Shown: piece after piece, positions 11,901 through 23,500 of the stretch | Layout of the letters: the number at the start of each line of letters is the position of its first letter | Numbering within the stretch: position 1 is the first letter of the stretch | Origin: Negaprion brevirostris | Taxonomy: Eukaryota | DNA: 64,000 nucleotides | Direction of reading: 5' to 3' | NCBI GenBank assembly: GCA_030324005.1 | Contig: JARDVH010000031.1 | Location: 46,043,529-46,107,528, forward strand | Notes under the pieces: model-generated | The model's input: only the letters and a program-made list of their open reading frames with translations | The model's database searches: none | What the model was told of the DNA's origin: nothing | Made by a program: the position numbers and the translations under genes

Positions 11901-13574
11901 CAGATTTTGTTGAGTAGTATATTCTTTATGCTGCTACACACCAATAAGAAATGATTACAGTTTTCCTTTTGGTAGCTGACAGTTCTTCGGAAATAGAGAG
12001 GTTCCTGGGAGTCTGTCAATGCTTGCTGGGGTTTCTAATACAGCGATATTTGAAAATCACTGGTCTATGCAAACAGGTTCAGCTTTAGCAATGATGTCAC
12101 AGATTTTTCACTCTTTTCAGATCCGTGCACATCTGTGTCAACTGTACATATGGCAACTGAAGTTAAAGCTGCTTGAATTTATTTAGTTCTACAATCTAAG
12201 ATTCTAGAAGGCTAATGCACTGTAAACATTGTTAGTTCTTGGCATACACAGGGGCTGTACTCAGTGCTTCAAAAGGTGGGCTATTTACAGTTAACTAATT
12301 CTCCACATAATCAGATGCCAACTTGTATTCACTTGTAGGATTCCCTGAATATTTTATAGTAATTCTATAGTATGCATTACAGGATGAACAATACATTGAG
12401 CATAGAATTACAGCCACTGCTCAAATTTTTGTACTTTAAATTTTTCAAGGTGGTCAGCTGAGGTTGAATTTTAATAACAATCCCCAGTAAATAACAATCT
12501 TTAACTTGAGATCAGACAGGCTTTGTTTAGCCATTTCCTGTCATGGTGAATTGAAGGCACCTGTCAAAATATTTACTTGACACAAATAGCAAGGCAACCA
12601 ATGCATTCCAGAAGAATGCCTGATATTCTTCATTCTTTAATTTGTCATAATTGTTCAAGTGCCTGAGCAAATACTTGAAGGCTTCAACATAATGTGTAGC
12701 TATATGGCCCTCAAGTGCCTATTCGTCCTGCCTCAAGTTCAATACTCAATTAATTGATAAATGCTTTGAAGAAATTAGTACTGAGCAGTCATATGTGGGG
12801 AAGATGACAGAAATGCACTTAACATGTGAATAGCTAAAACATGAAACTATGCTGTGCTCAAGAGTTGAGCAATGTGGAAATTTCTAAGGCTAGACAAAGT
12901 ACAAACAACTCTGACTAGCAGATGAGGCAACACTTCACAAATACCTGCAATACATAAGATTGTAACACACACAAAAGTGTTTACTTTAACAGAAATTAAT
13001 CCTTACTTCTCCTGATTCCCTCGGTTGTGCTTTGCTCCTTACTCAGAAGGACCACCTACACAAACCTTTTGCTGGGCTTCTGTTAGAAAGTAGGACCAGA
13101 CACTAGAGAAGGAATATCAGCCTAAACCAGACAACTGGAAATCACAGTAGAGCTTGCTAATTTAGCACATACTATTAGAGGTCAGGTAGTTGAGAAGAGG
13201 CCATTCGGTGTGAGGTGAGACAGAGCGGTTTACATCTGCATTAATGATAATTAATTATGAGAGTTGGAGAAGGGGGGTTGATGCAGGAGACAAGAGGGGC
13301 TTGGCAGACAGTACAGAGAGGCTGACCGTGTTGGCACCTGGTCACACGAAAAAGAACGTATACTGAAAATAACACAAACTAAAAGGAAAATAAAATTACA
13401 ACTTTGCTTGTTTGTGTGGCAATCTGATTAGTACATTGGTTCATTATGGAGGAAATGTAGATTAAAGGGTTCACATCTGGGGAATACAAAATGCTGATGG
13501 GGAAGTGTCAGATCATATGACTGAGAAGCAAGAGACATGTGGAAGGAGGAGGAGTTCTCACATTCTCACTGTGT

Positions 13575-13800
13575 CTGGGTGCTCTGGTTTCCTCCCACAA
13601 TCCAAAAATGTGCAGATTAGGTGAATTAGTCATGCTCAATTGCCCCATTGTGTCCCAAGACGTGCTGGTTGGATGGATTAGCCATGGGCAATGTGTGGGA
13701 TTACAGGGATAGGGCGGAGTAAAGGGCCTAGATAAAATACTCTGTCAGAGAGTTGGAGCAGACACGATGGACCAAATGCACTGTTCTAGACATCTATGAA
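13575..13800 (+). mobile_element. Partial HE1-type SINE
   Basis: gggtgctctggtttcctcccacaatccaaaaatgtgcag V-domain plus tail. Confidence 0.75.
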
Positions 13801-14561
13801 AAGCTCCAATCCTGTGTAGGGGTACCAACATACTTGCTACAAATAAGAGTAATGGTTTTAAAAAACTACAGGCTAGAACTATATAATTTGGAAGAATGGA
13901 CAAGCCCAAAACCTGTCTAAATTTTGACCAACCACACAGAACATTCTCTACACTACAGTTGTGCAGATTTTGTCTTGAGAAACTGCTTTATATTAAAAAT
14001 TAATTCCATATAACTGAATACTGAAAGGAATGCAAGATATTGCAAATGTTGGGTATAGGAACAGACTCTTGCTGGAAATATTACTTCAGTGCTCTGTACT
14101 TCACTGTCTCTGGACATTTACTCATTACATTCATTTTTTCCTTTAAGATACTTGCAATGCCACAAGAAGAGTGGACCTTCCCAGGTTGCTGACTAGCCAT
14201 TACTTATCATGCTAACTTCATCCTAGCATTTGAGATTTCCTTGGGTTACTAAACATTACTAACTTTTGGTTGTTACCACCTCAGATGAAAGTTCCAGTAA
14301 TCCCTTGATCTGCCACCCAGAGACCTGTGCTTCCAATTAAATATGAAAGTAGAAACTTCGAACTACTCTTTCTAGGTGTTGAGTAGGAGGATGTGGAGGA
14401 AAACTTCTTTGATTTCAAGGATTTTCCTATATGGCAGCTGAAACAGTGAGCTGATGAAACTTGGTAAAACTTCCAGGTGGAGTCTTTTTAAATAGAAAAA
14501 ACTGAAGTGACTGCATTGGCTCTCCATCAGTAACCTCTAGAAATTTTTACACATCTCTTAC

Positions 14562-14637
14562 CTTGGCTATTATCACTCTGAGTATCTGCCTTCCGTTTTC
14601 TTCCTCTCGCAGAATCAGGTTGCTTTTTTTCTGGAGT
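14562..14637 (-). CDS. TLK1: TLK1-family coding exon with NLS: TPEKKQPDSARGRKRKADTQSDNSQ(G)
   Basis: 76 nt; acceptor ttttttag, donor gtaaga; matches TLK1 TPEKKQSESSRGRKRKA. Confidence 0.96.
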
Positions 14638-14904
14638 CTAAAAAAAGAAACAGGAGTCAAATTTGAATTACAATCCTGACATCTTAAATGTATTAAAAAA
14701 TCATTTTTCACTTAAGAATTTGTACCTTGTACTGTAGTCAATTTTGTGAGTGAATATCAAATCATAAATTTTTGGGGCGATGCAGTTACTTAAAACTGTA
14801 ACACCATAGAGCTGTTCAGCTCCTGCAAATATGTCAGGCTACAAAGTACACCACTTTCTCCAGGGTATTCTCACTGTGCTCATTGCTTAGTGAATTGAAA
14901 GAAC

Positions 14905-15300
14905 CTGGAGAGGCTTTGCTACAGGGAGCAAAGAGCACTAGACCTGCAAGAGACACACTTCTGGGTGTGGAGCGAAGCTTAGGGCCCTCAGTTACCTTCG
15001 GAAAGCAGAGAAAACCAGTTCTGCAAGGGACACTCTTCTGGGAGTGGAGGACAAAGGGAGTACAAGGCTCAGAGCCCTCACTTAACTTCAGGGAGCAAAA
15101 AGCACCAGCCCTGTCAGGGACACATTTCTGGAAACAGAGGACGCAGGAATTGCAAGGGTCAGGAAGTGGAGACAACCGGACTTGCGAGGGACACACTTCT
15201 GGGAGCACATGATAAAGGGAGTGCGAGGCTCAGGCCCTCACTTACTTTTGGGAAGCGGAGACAACTAGACCTGGGAGAGATGCTTTTCTGGGAGTGGAGT
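14905..15300 (+). repeat. Degenerate tandem repeats (about 60-80 bp units) at the 5' end of a CR1 element
   Basis: Recurring gggacacacttctgggag and ggccctcacttac motifs, about 5 units. Confidence 0.75.
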
Positions 15301-18300
15301 TCAAAAAAATGATGTGGAACCAACCAAAGCAGCTGATTGGTGGATAAGTCCTGGTGATTGATTGCTTAGTACATAGGTAGGGATTAGAAAAGAATGTAGC
15401 AGGTAGTGTTTGATATGAAACAAGGTTCCTAGTTAACATAAATAATGACCTTAAGTAACATAATTTTAAGGGAGTCACTAGGTTAATTGAGAGGATCATC
15501 ATGGCAGGAGACCACAGATCCATGATATGCTCCTCTTGCACAAATGTGGGAAATGAGGGATGCTGATGACCTTGTTTGTAGAAGGTGTCTCCAAATGCAG
15601 CTTCTAGATAACTGGATCTCACAGCTGGAGCTGGGGTTATCTCACCCGGAGCATCCATGNNNNNNNNNNNNNNNNNNNNNNNNNNNNNNNNNNNNNNNNN
15701 NNNNNNNNNNNNNNNNNNNNNNNNNNNNNNNNNNNNNNNNNNNNNNNNNNNNNNNNNNNNNNNNNNNNNNNNNNNNNNNNNNNNNNNNNNNNNNNNNNNN
15801 NNNNNNNNNNNNNNNNNNNNNNNNNNNNNNNNNNNNNNNNNNNNNNNNNNNNNNNNNNNNNNNNNNNNNNNNNNNNNNNNNNNNNNNNNNNNNNNNNNNN
15901 NNNNNNNNNNNNNNNNNNNNNNNNNNNNNNNNNNNNNNNNNNNNNNNNNNNNNNNNNNNNNNNNNNNNNNNNNNNNNNNNNNNNNNNNNNNNNNNNNNNN
16001 NNNNNNNNNNNNNNNNNNNNNNNNNNNNNNNNNNNNNNNNNNNNNNNNNNNNNNNNNNNNNNNNNNNNNNNNNNNNNNNNNNNNNNNNNNNNNNNNNNNN
16101 NNNNNNNNNNNNNNNNNNNNNNNNNNNNNNNNNNNNNNNNNNNNNNNNNNNNNNNNNNNNNNNNNNNNNNNNNNNNNAACAGTAAAGGAATTAAGAGTTA
16201 TGGTGAGCAGGCGGGTAAGTGGCGCTGAGTGCATGAAAAGATCAGCCATCATCTTGACAGGTCAGATGGCCTACTCCTGTTCTTAGTTCTTACGACATAT
16301 TGTCTCTCTAGTGCCATAGTGTCACAGAGTGGTGGTGGGGAATTCTGGGGTGGGAAGGTGAACAGTCAGTGGTTCTAGTACACAATCGTACCAATGATAG
16401 GAGAACAGAGGACCTGCAAGCTGAGTACAGAAAGTTAGGAGATAAATTAAAATGCAGGACCTCAAATCCAGTAATCTCATGATTACTCCCAGTTCCATGC
16501 ACTAGCAAGAGATTAGACCAAATGAACAGATGGCCGGAAAGATGGTGCAGCCAGGAGGGATTTGCATTGTTGAGGCACTGGGGCCAGTACAAAATGGACG
16601 GGCTGCACCCAGGCAAAGCTGGTACCACATCCTCTCAGAGGCTTTTGCAAGTGCTGTTGGGGAGGATTTAAACTAGTGTAACAGGGGGATGAGATCCCAG
16701 GAGCAGGATCAGATAAGGAAAATGGAGGCAGAACATTAGCTGGTGATATAGAAGATATAGTGACAAACTTGGAATTACAGAAGAAGCAAAGTTTAAAAAA
16801 TGCCCAGCAAGGGAAATTGACACAGTTAAACTTCAATGCAACGAATATTATGAACAAAGTGGATGAGATATAGTGGCAGGATATCATTGATTTGAGAGAA
16901 ATCTTAAAGGGGTAAAATTGGTTATAGTGACTTCAGACATGATAGGCTGGGAGATGAGAGAGGGGGAGAGTAGTACTAATGGTTAAAGAATCAGTTCCAG
17001 TTGTGAAAAGGGATGATATACTGAAAGGGTCAACAAACAGAAGGTTTATGGGTTGAGCTTAGAAACAACAAAAAAAGAGGCAGTCATATTACTGGGAGTA
17101 TAATAAAGACCCCAAAAGAGAAAAGGGAGATAGAAGAACAAATACGTAGGGAAATCTTTGCCTGTAAGACCAAGAGGACAAGAATAATCTTAAGCCATTC
17201 CAATATCAATTGGGAGTCAAACAAAATAAAGGGCACTGAGGCAGAAAAATTCATGCAGTGCATTCAGGAAAATTTTGCAACCAGTGACAAACTGAATGAG
17301 AGGAGATGCAATTCTAGACTTAGTCTCGGGAGCGAAGAAGGGCAAGCGGGCAAAGTGATAGTTGGCAACCGTATTGGGGATAGTGATCACAATTCAGTTA
17401 GCTTCAGCATTACCATGGACGAGGACAGAGATAAAACAGGAGCAAGGCAAGTTTTGCGAGAACGAAAAGGAACTTCGCTGAGGTGAACTGGACAGCACCA
17501 CTAGAGGATAATCAATGGAAAACCAGTGGGAAGCACTAAAAAGCAAGATCCTGATTGTACAAAGCAGGCATGTCCCCTCCAAAAATAAGAGTGGTATTAC
17601 CAAATCTAGACCCCTCCACCTCTGGCTGTCAAGCGGAATAAGGGGATTATCAAACAGAAAAAGAAAGCATACAATAGATACAAAGAAATAAGCACTGCAG
17701 ATAGCCTAGGTGAATATAGCAAGTGCAGGGATGAAGGAAAAAAGGATTTAAAGAAATGACGACATTAAAAAAACAGCAACGTTAGAGAAAACCCAAAGAT
17801 GCTTTACCAATATATTAATGGTTAAAATCTAGTTAAGGAAAAGTGGGACCGATCAGAGATGAAGGAGGGAACTTGTGCGTTGATGCAGAGGTTGTGGCAA
17901 GGGTTTTAAAATGAATATTTTGTTCTGTGTTTACAAAGGGAAGGGATGATGCAAACAGTCATCCAGGAGGAACACTGATGTTGAACAAAATAATGATAAA
18001 AGGAGGGGAAGTACTCAAAGGGTTGTAGTCCTTGAAAGTTGATGCCAGATGGACTGATTCCAAGTCTGCTGAAGGAGATCAGGGAAGAGATATCAGATTA
18101 CTCAGAGGATGATTTTCTAATCCTCATTACAAACAGGGCAGGTACCAGAGGACTGGAGAAATGCAACTTAGTTCTACTGTTTAGCAAAGGATTGAAGGAA
18201 ATGCCAAACAATTATAGGCCAGTTAGTCTTACAATTGGTGGTAGGCAAATTAGTAGAATCAATCCTGAGAGAGAGATAGGATTAACTGTCATATAGAAAA

Positions 18301-19410
18301 GCATGGATTAGACATGGATGATCAGCATGGAGTTGTTGTAGGAAGACCTTGCCTCTCAAATTTGATGGGAAAAGTGGCAAGAAGAATTGCTGAAGGTGGT
18401 ACAGTGGATGATGTGTACATGGGTTTTATCAAGACATTTGACAAAGTCCCACAAAAAAGCCTACATGGTGTTCCACAGGGTTCAGTTGGGGCCCTTCCTA
18501 TTTGTGTTACATAGTAATGATTTGGACATGAATGTGGGGAGGAGACGATTGGAAATTTTGCAGACAACAAAGATTGGCCTATTAGTGGATAGTATAGAGG
18601 ATACTACAATCTCCAAAAAGATGTAGATGAGTTGGTAGAGTGGGTGGTAAAGTGGCATATATTTTAACACAGAAGTAGTGAGATGACATGCATTTAGGGA
18701 GGCCAAACAGTTTTAGGAAGTACTCATGCTAAAAGGTGTAGATGAAGTGAGAGATCTTGCTGCGTAAGTACACAGGTTCCTAAAGGCAGCAGTTCAATTA
18801 GACAAGGGGTGTAAACAAGGCATATGGNNNNNNNNNNATGCTCTCATTCATTAACAAAGATACAGGATATAGAAGTAAGGGTAATGTGTTGGAATTATAT
18901 AAAACATTGAGGCCACAACTGGAATAATGTGTGCAGTTCTGGTTACCACATTACAGGAATTGACGCAATTGTTCTAGAGAGAATACACAGAAGATTTATG
19001 TTGCCAGGACTAGAAAAGTTAGCCACGAGGACGGACTGGATAGATCGGTATTATTTTCCTTGGAACAAAGGCAGTTGAGGGATGAGTTGACTGAGATGTA
19101 CAAAATTATGAGAGGAAGATATAAAGTGGACAGAGTAAAATTGTTTTCCTTGGCAGAGAATTCTCTTGAACACTTAAGTGGCAGAAGGTATACAGGGGAC
19201 ATCAGGAAGACTTTTTACATAGAGGTTAGTAGGCATCTAGAATTTGCTGCCCACGTTAAGGATGGAGGCAGGGACCCTAAGCTCTGCACCTTAAGTGTTA
19301 TAAGTTCCAGTGCTATGGTCTAGGTGCAGGAAGATGGGATTAGAAAAGGCACCTGAATGTCCTTGGGCCGGCATGGCTGCCTTCTGTGTTGTAGCTTTTC
19401 TTTTTTTTTA
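14905..19410 (+). mobile_element. Near full-length decayed CR1 LINE (ORF1 zinc finger/leucine zipper plus esterase; ORF2 APE-RT), antisense to TLK1
   Basis: ORF1 MAGDHRSMICSSC / MWEMRD..CRRCLQMQLL; ORF2 IGDSDHNSV, NYRPVSLT, VYMGFIKTFDKVP, GVPQGSV, FADN; frameshifts and an internal gap. Confidence 0.9.
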
Positions 19411-19611
19411 AAAAAATAGTACTAAATCTAACTGACCAGGAAGGTTTGATCCACTGGACCTTATTCATCAGAATCACCAGAGTGCAGTATATGTTCCAAA
19501 TGGTGGATGAAATAGCTTCTGCTCTCATTGTAGTACCTACTCCAATACACAAAGGCAGATTTGAAAATAAATTGGAAGTTTGTCCAGTCTCAATGGCAAA
19601 ATATGAAATTG

Positions 19612-21474
19612 ATGTGGAGATGCCAGTGTTGGACTGGGGTAACTGATAAGAGTTGCTACCCAATTTTGTTCAGGTTTCTTAACTCTGGCAATTTCACATT
19701 TTAAGTATAGTAAAAAGTCTGACAACACCAGGTTTAAGTCCAACCAATTTATTTGATAGTAAACTCACATGGTTTCGGCATTTGCCCTTTGTCATGTGCT
19801 CTTTCCACTCACATTGTCGGCATCTTTAAGACTTGAATAGCAGGTTAGTTGTAAAGACTTGCATTCTAATCAGTAATCTGTAAACTGTCTATGCTGTTAT
19901 ATGCTCTGTCTAAGGCCAGAAATCTCCATTCACCTGACGAAGGGGCAAACCCCGAAAGCTTGAGAGTTTACTTTCAAGATGCTAGCAACCCAGAGGAAAA
20001 AAACTAATAGCCTCAAGAAGAAGTCTGTTCATCATTAAGACCATCTTCCCCTGAGTTCATCAGATGCCCATCCATACATGCGCCAACTTGGACCTCTATT
20101 CACTTCCTCTGGAGTGTTCATTTTTATTTGATTAATTGTTATCATATGTATTGGCATGCAGTGAAAATGATTGTTCCTTGCGTGGTATACAGACAAAGTA
20201 TATCATTCATGGAGTATATAGGGGAGAAGGAGAGAGTGCAGAATGCAGTGTTACAGCCATAACTAGAGTGCAGAGAAAGATTATTTTAACGTGAGGTAGG
20301 TCCATCCTTGACCAGTAAACCATGTGGTATGCCTTAACATCTTTGTTCATCTACATTTCATACAGACTTGTCAGGGTCTAGCTTTCCTTCCCTCTCCTCC
20401 AACTCCCTCTGTCTTCCTGTGCTTGTGTTCATCCACTCATCTTCATCCACTTTCTTGCCTGTCTGCCAGCCATTATGAGTGCTTACCCAAACACCTCCCC
20501 CGCACCCCCCCCCTCCTCTCCCCTCCCAAACATACACTCACAGCCTTCCTTCCATATTGCCACCCTTGTCTTTGTCAGGCTTAACCCCCTCCTTCCCTGC
20601 CCAACCCTCCTCACCTCAGACCCCACCCCCTGTGGAACCTCAGACCTTTATTGCAGTGGCTGCATGAATCCTGCAGCACAGAGTTGTCCAGATGGACACT
20701 GATATGTGGCACCAGGGGGGACAGAGACAATTGTGCTCCCCAACCCAGGCACAGTACTGATCCACCTCAGTGTCAGATGAGGGTCTGTGGGCTCAGCAGC
20801 ACTATCCATGAAGATCAGCCTGGAATGGAGATGGAGGGCAGGGAATTGGTCTACCCGGGCAGGATGATGAATAGTGTATCAGGAGCAGCACTATGGCCAC
20901 AATCCAACGATGTGCAGGTTAGATGGATTGGCCATGCTAAATTGCCTCTTAGTGTCCCAAGATGTGAAGGTTAGGAAGACTAGCAGGGTAAATACACAGG
21001 GTGTCAGTGGGTCGGTGCAGACTAAATAAAAGTCATAGGGCCCGATTTTATCATTTTCATTCTTAGTGCGGAGTCTGAGCGCAATTCAGATCCGACTTGG
21101 AAATCTGCTCTCAGGCACTCCCATTCACACTTAACTTGAAAAAAAATCGCCAGTCTGAATCATGCTATGGACGGGGCTTAGTGCACTTGAAATGATCAAA
21201 GCTCTGAACTGCGCGTGTGCAGTGAGAAAAAAAATTGAAAACTGCGCTGCTGTCACATCACTCCCAGGAGCAAAAAAAAGTGAATGATTGGGGNNNNNNN
21301 NNNNNNNNNNNNNNNNNNNNNNNNNNNNNNNNNNNNNNNNNNNNNNNNNNNNNNNNNNNNNNNNNNNNNNNNNNNNNNNNNNNNNNNNNNNNNAAACCCT
21401 GAAAGCTTGTGAGTTTACTATCAAATAAATTGGTTGGACTTAAACCTGGTGTTGTCAGACTTCTTACTGTACTT
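19612..21474. mobile_element. Penelope-like (non-autonomous) element with inverted and direct terminal repeats; contains secondary insertions
   Basis: TSD aaaatatgaaattg at 19598-19611 and 21475-21488; 19642-19769 is the reverse complement of 21408-21535; internal partial repeat at 19931-19975. Confidence 0.7.
19929..19966 (+). ncRNA. Minimal type I hammerhead-ribozyme-like motif
   Basis: cac-CUGACGA-a-GGGG-caaa-CCCC-GAAA-gcuu; palindromic AAGCUU as in PLE-associated dimeric hammerheads; stem I partly mutated. Confidence 0.6.
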
Positions 21475-21699
21475 AAAATATGAAATTGCCAGAGTTAAGA
21501 AACCTGAACAAAATTGGGTAGCAATTCTTATCAGTATTAGCAAGAGCTTATTGCATTCCCTAAACCTCACCAAAGAACAGAACAGCCTGGTGAAATTTTG
21601 GAAGCCTCAAGAACCCACTTTGAGTCCTTTACTAATGTTACTTATGAACTCTACATGTATGATGGCAGTGTCATATCCATGAATCAGTACTTGGAGGAA

Positions 21700-22420
21700 T
21701 CTTCATGCAAAATGGATAGCCAGCTGTCTTGGCATCCAGAGAATTAACTCAAACTGAGCAATATTATGCACAAATTGAGAAAAAGTGCTAGCTATTGCCT
21801 TTGCTTGTTAGCATTTTAATTAGTCCCTTTTTGGGAGAGAGCAAAGTGACAGTGGAATCTGACCACAAGCTATTTCAAAGCATTGTTCTCAGATCACTTT
21901 TATCTACCTCTATTTGCAGAGGTATTGTTTGGAAGTGACGTTTGAGTGGGGGAAAGCAGATGTACATTGCCAACATACTGTCATGAGCTGCACTCCCTTT
22001 GAAGAATGTTACTGATACTAATGCAAAGTGTGAAATCTTCCAGATTCAACACAAAGCAACAGCACAACATGCTCTGGAAATCATCAATCCAGCAGAGTCA
22101 TTGAATAAGAGGCAAGTGTCTCACTCAGATCAAGCAAACTACGCAAAAGGATATAACTTTCTAAGTGCTGCAAAAAGTAGTGATGAAAGGAATGCCATCA
22201 AGGCTACTCATTATTATAAGACTGTATTGGGCTTACAGGGATGAAGCAATTGTCCAAGTTAGCATCTCGTACAAAGGAACTAGTGTCATTATTTCCAAGG
22301 AGGTGAGGAAAAAGATGCTGAAGAGCGCCTATGCAGACCATCATGGAATTGAGTCTAGTCTTGAAGAAGGCAACAGAAGTTCAAACAGGAGCAATGAGAT
22401 AAAGAACCATATCAGCCAGT
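21700..22420 (+). pseudogene. Ty3/Gypsy pol remnant (RNase H to integrase zinc-finger region)
   Basis: LTQTEQYYAQIEK, AIAFAC, VTVESDHK, MYIANILS, YADHHGIE; stops and frameshifts. Confidence 0.8.
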
Positions 22421-22422
22421 AT

Positions 22423-23500
22423 AGTGCTTCCGATACGTGATCCATGTTTCAGCTCTATACAGTAAGAAAGGGATCACAATTACATGGTATCCCTTGATTT
22501 TGGTTTCAGTTTTGATGTCATGATCTTCAACACAGGAGTCGTGCCAGCAACACTGCCTATGGAAGATCTTGCATATTAAATGGGAGGTGGACACCAACAT
22601 CAGTATCCTCTCATAAGCAGGCATCATAAGCACTGAACTTATGATCATCTGCCATCAGCTACTTTGGATAGGTCATACAGTTTGGATATCAGATACAGTG
22701 CGGTCCCGTTATAATGCGATGGTTGGGGTCTATAAAATGTTATCGCAAAAAAAGCGGGGTCGTGCTAAACTGGGGTTCAAGAAAATCAGTGTTCAAACTG
22801 ACTCAATGTTGACTTAACATTCTAAAACAACCCTATTAATCACCCTATTTGACCCTTTTTTTGCATGTTTACCATCTGGCAAGTAAATTACCTTTTAATT
22901 AAAGAATTCCGTGAATAAATCACTGTTGTTACAGTAGAAATTAAAACAAATTAATTTTTAGTAAAGATTTTTAATAAACAAAACAAGTTTATTGTTTAAA
23001 AAAGTTTTCCTTGTTTGAACGTAGCATTTCACTGGCTGCGAACGAAATCTAGAATGCTTTTAGACTTGATCATGTCAAGTGCATGAAGCTTATCTTTCAC
23101 AGAAAAAGATTTTCTTTTTCTAGCAGTTTGTTCCATTTTGATCTAAGAAAACACAAAATTAACTCACCAAAAACTTTTCAGTTCCCCAGAAGGAGCAAAA
23201 CAAAAAGGGCCCAATGATTCATTGGGTTATATCCAAATTCGCACTAAATGGGGGCACGCAAAATCGGGGTTTCACTGTACCAAGCTCCCAAAAGGTCATC
23301 TTTTCCCAGCTCAGTCAGGGCAGACAAACCAGAGGAGGACAGATGAAATGGCTATTGCTCTCAAGTCTTTACACCAAAGATGGCAGAGGTCACATGACTA
23401 TGGAAAGCCTAAAGTTACTTTAAACCATTGCACTTCTTCAAACTGTACATTTGGGAATAGCACCTCTGGGCTAGGAATGAAATAGAAACAAACAGGCAAG
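22423..23500 (+). mobile_element. RTE-clade LINE 3' fragment with 5' inversion, split by a pogo/Tigger element
   Basis: Minus 22423-22533: DHDIKTETKIK..LLYRAETWITYRKH; plus from 22534: QHCLWKILHIKW..LLWIGH..DTKLPK..SQLSQGRQTRGGQ. Confidence 0.8.
22696..23277 (-). mobile_element. Internally deleted pogo/Tigger DNA transposon
   Basis: TA-CAGTG...CACTG-TA; removing it restores RTE gatacc; minus ORF from 23136 MEQTARKRKSFSVKDKLHALDMIK (CENP-B/psq-like start). Confidence 0.8.

Noticed and set aside
14448-14475. CTGATGA hammerhead-like start
   Set aside because: No GAAA after a credible stem II
14834-15212. Overlapping 109-124 aa ORFs with internal repeats; CRISPR-like periodicity
   Set aside because: Diverged tandem units without unique spacers; CR1 5' repeat in a vertebrate genome
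15242-16286. Long ORFs of 209-336 aa
   Set aside because: Length comes from the N gap; the flanks are CR1 ORF1
19537-21682. Two ORFs with the same start MDLNLVLSDFLLYLK suggesting a gene pair
   Set aside because: Translation of the inverted repeat, not genes
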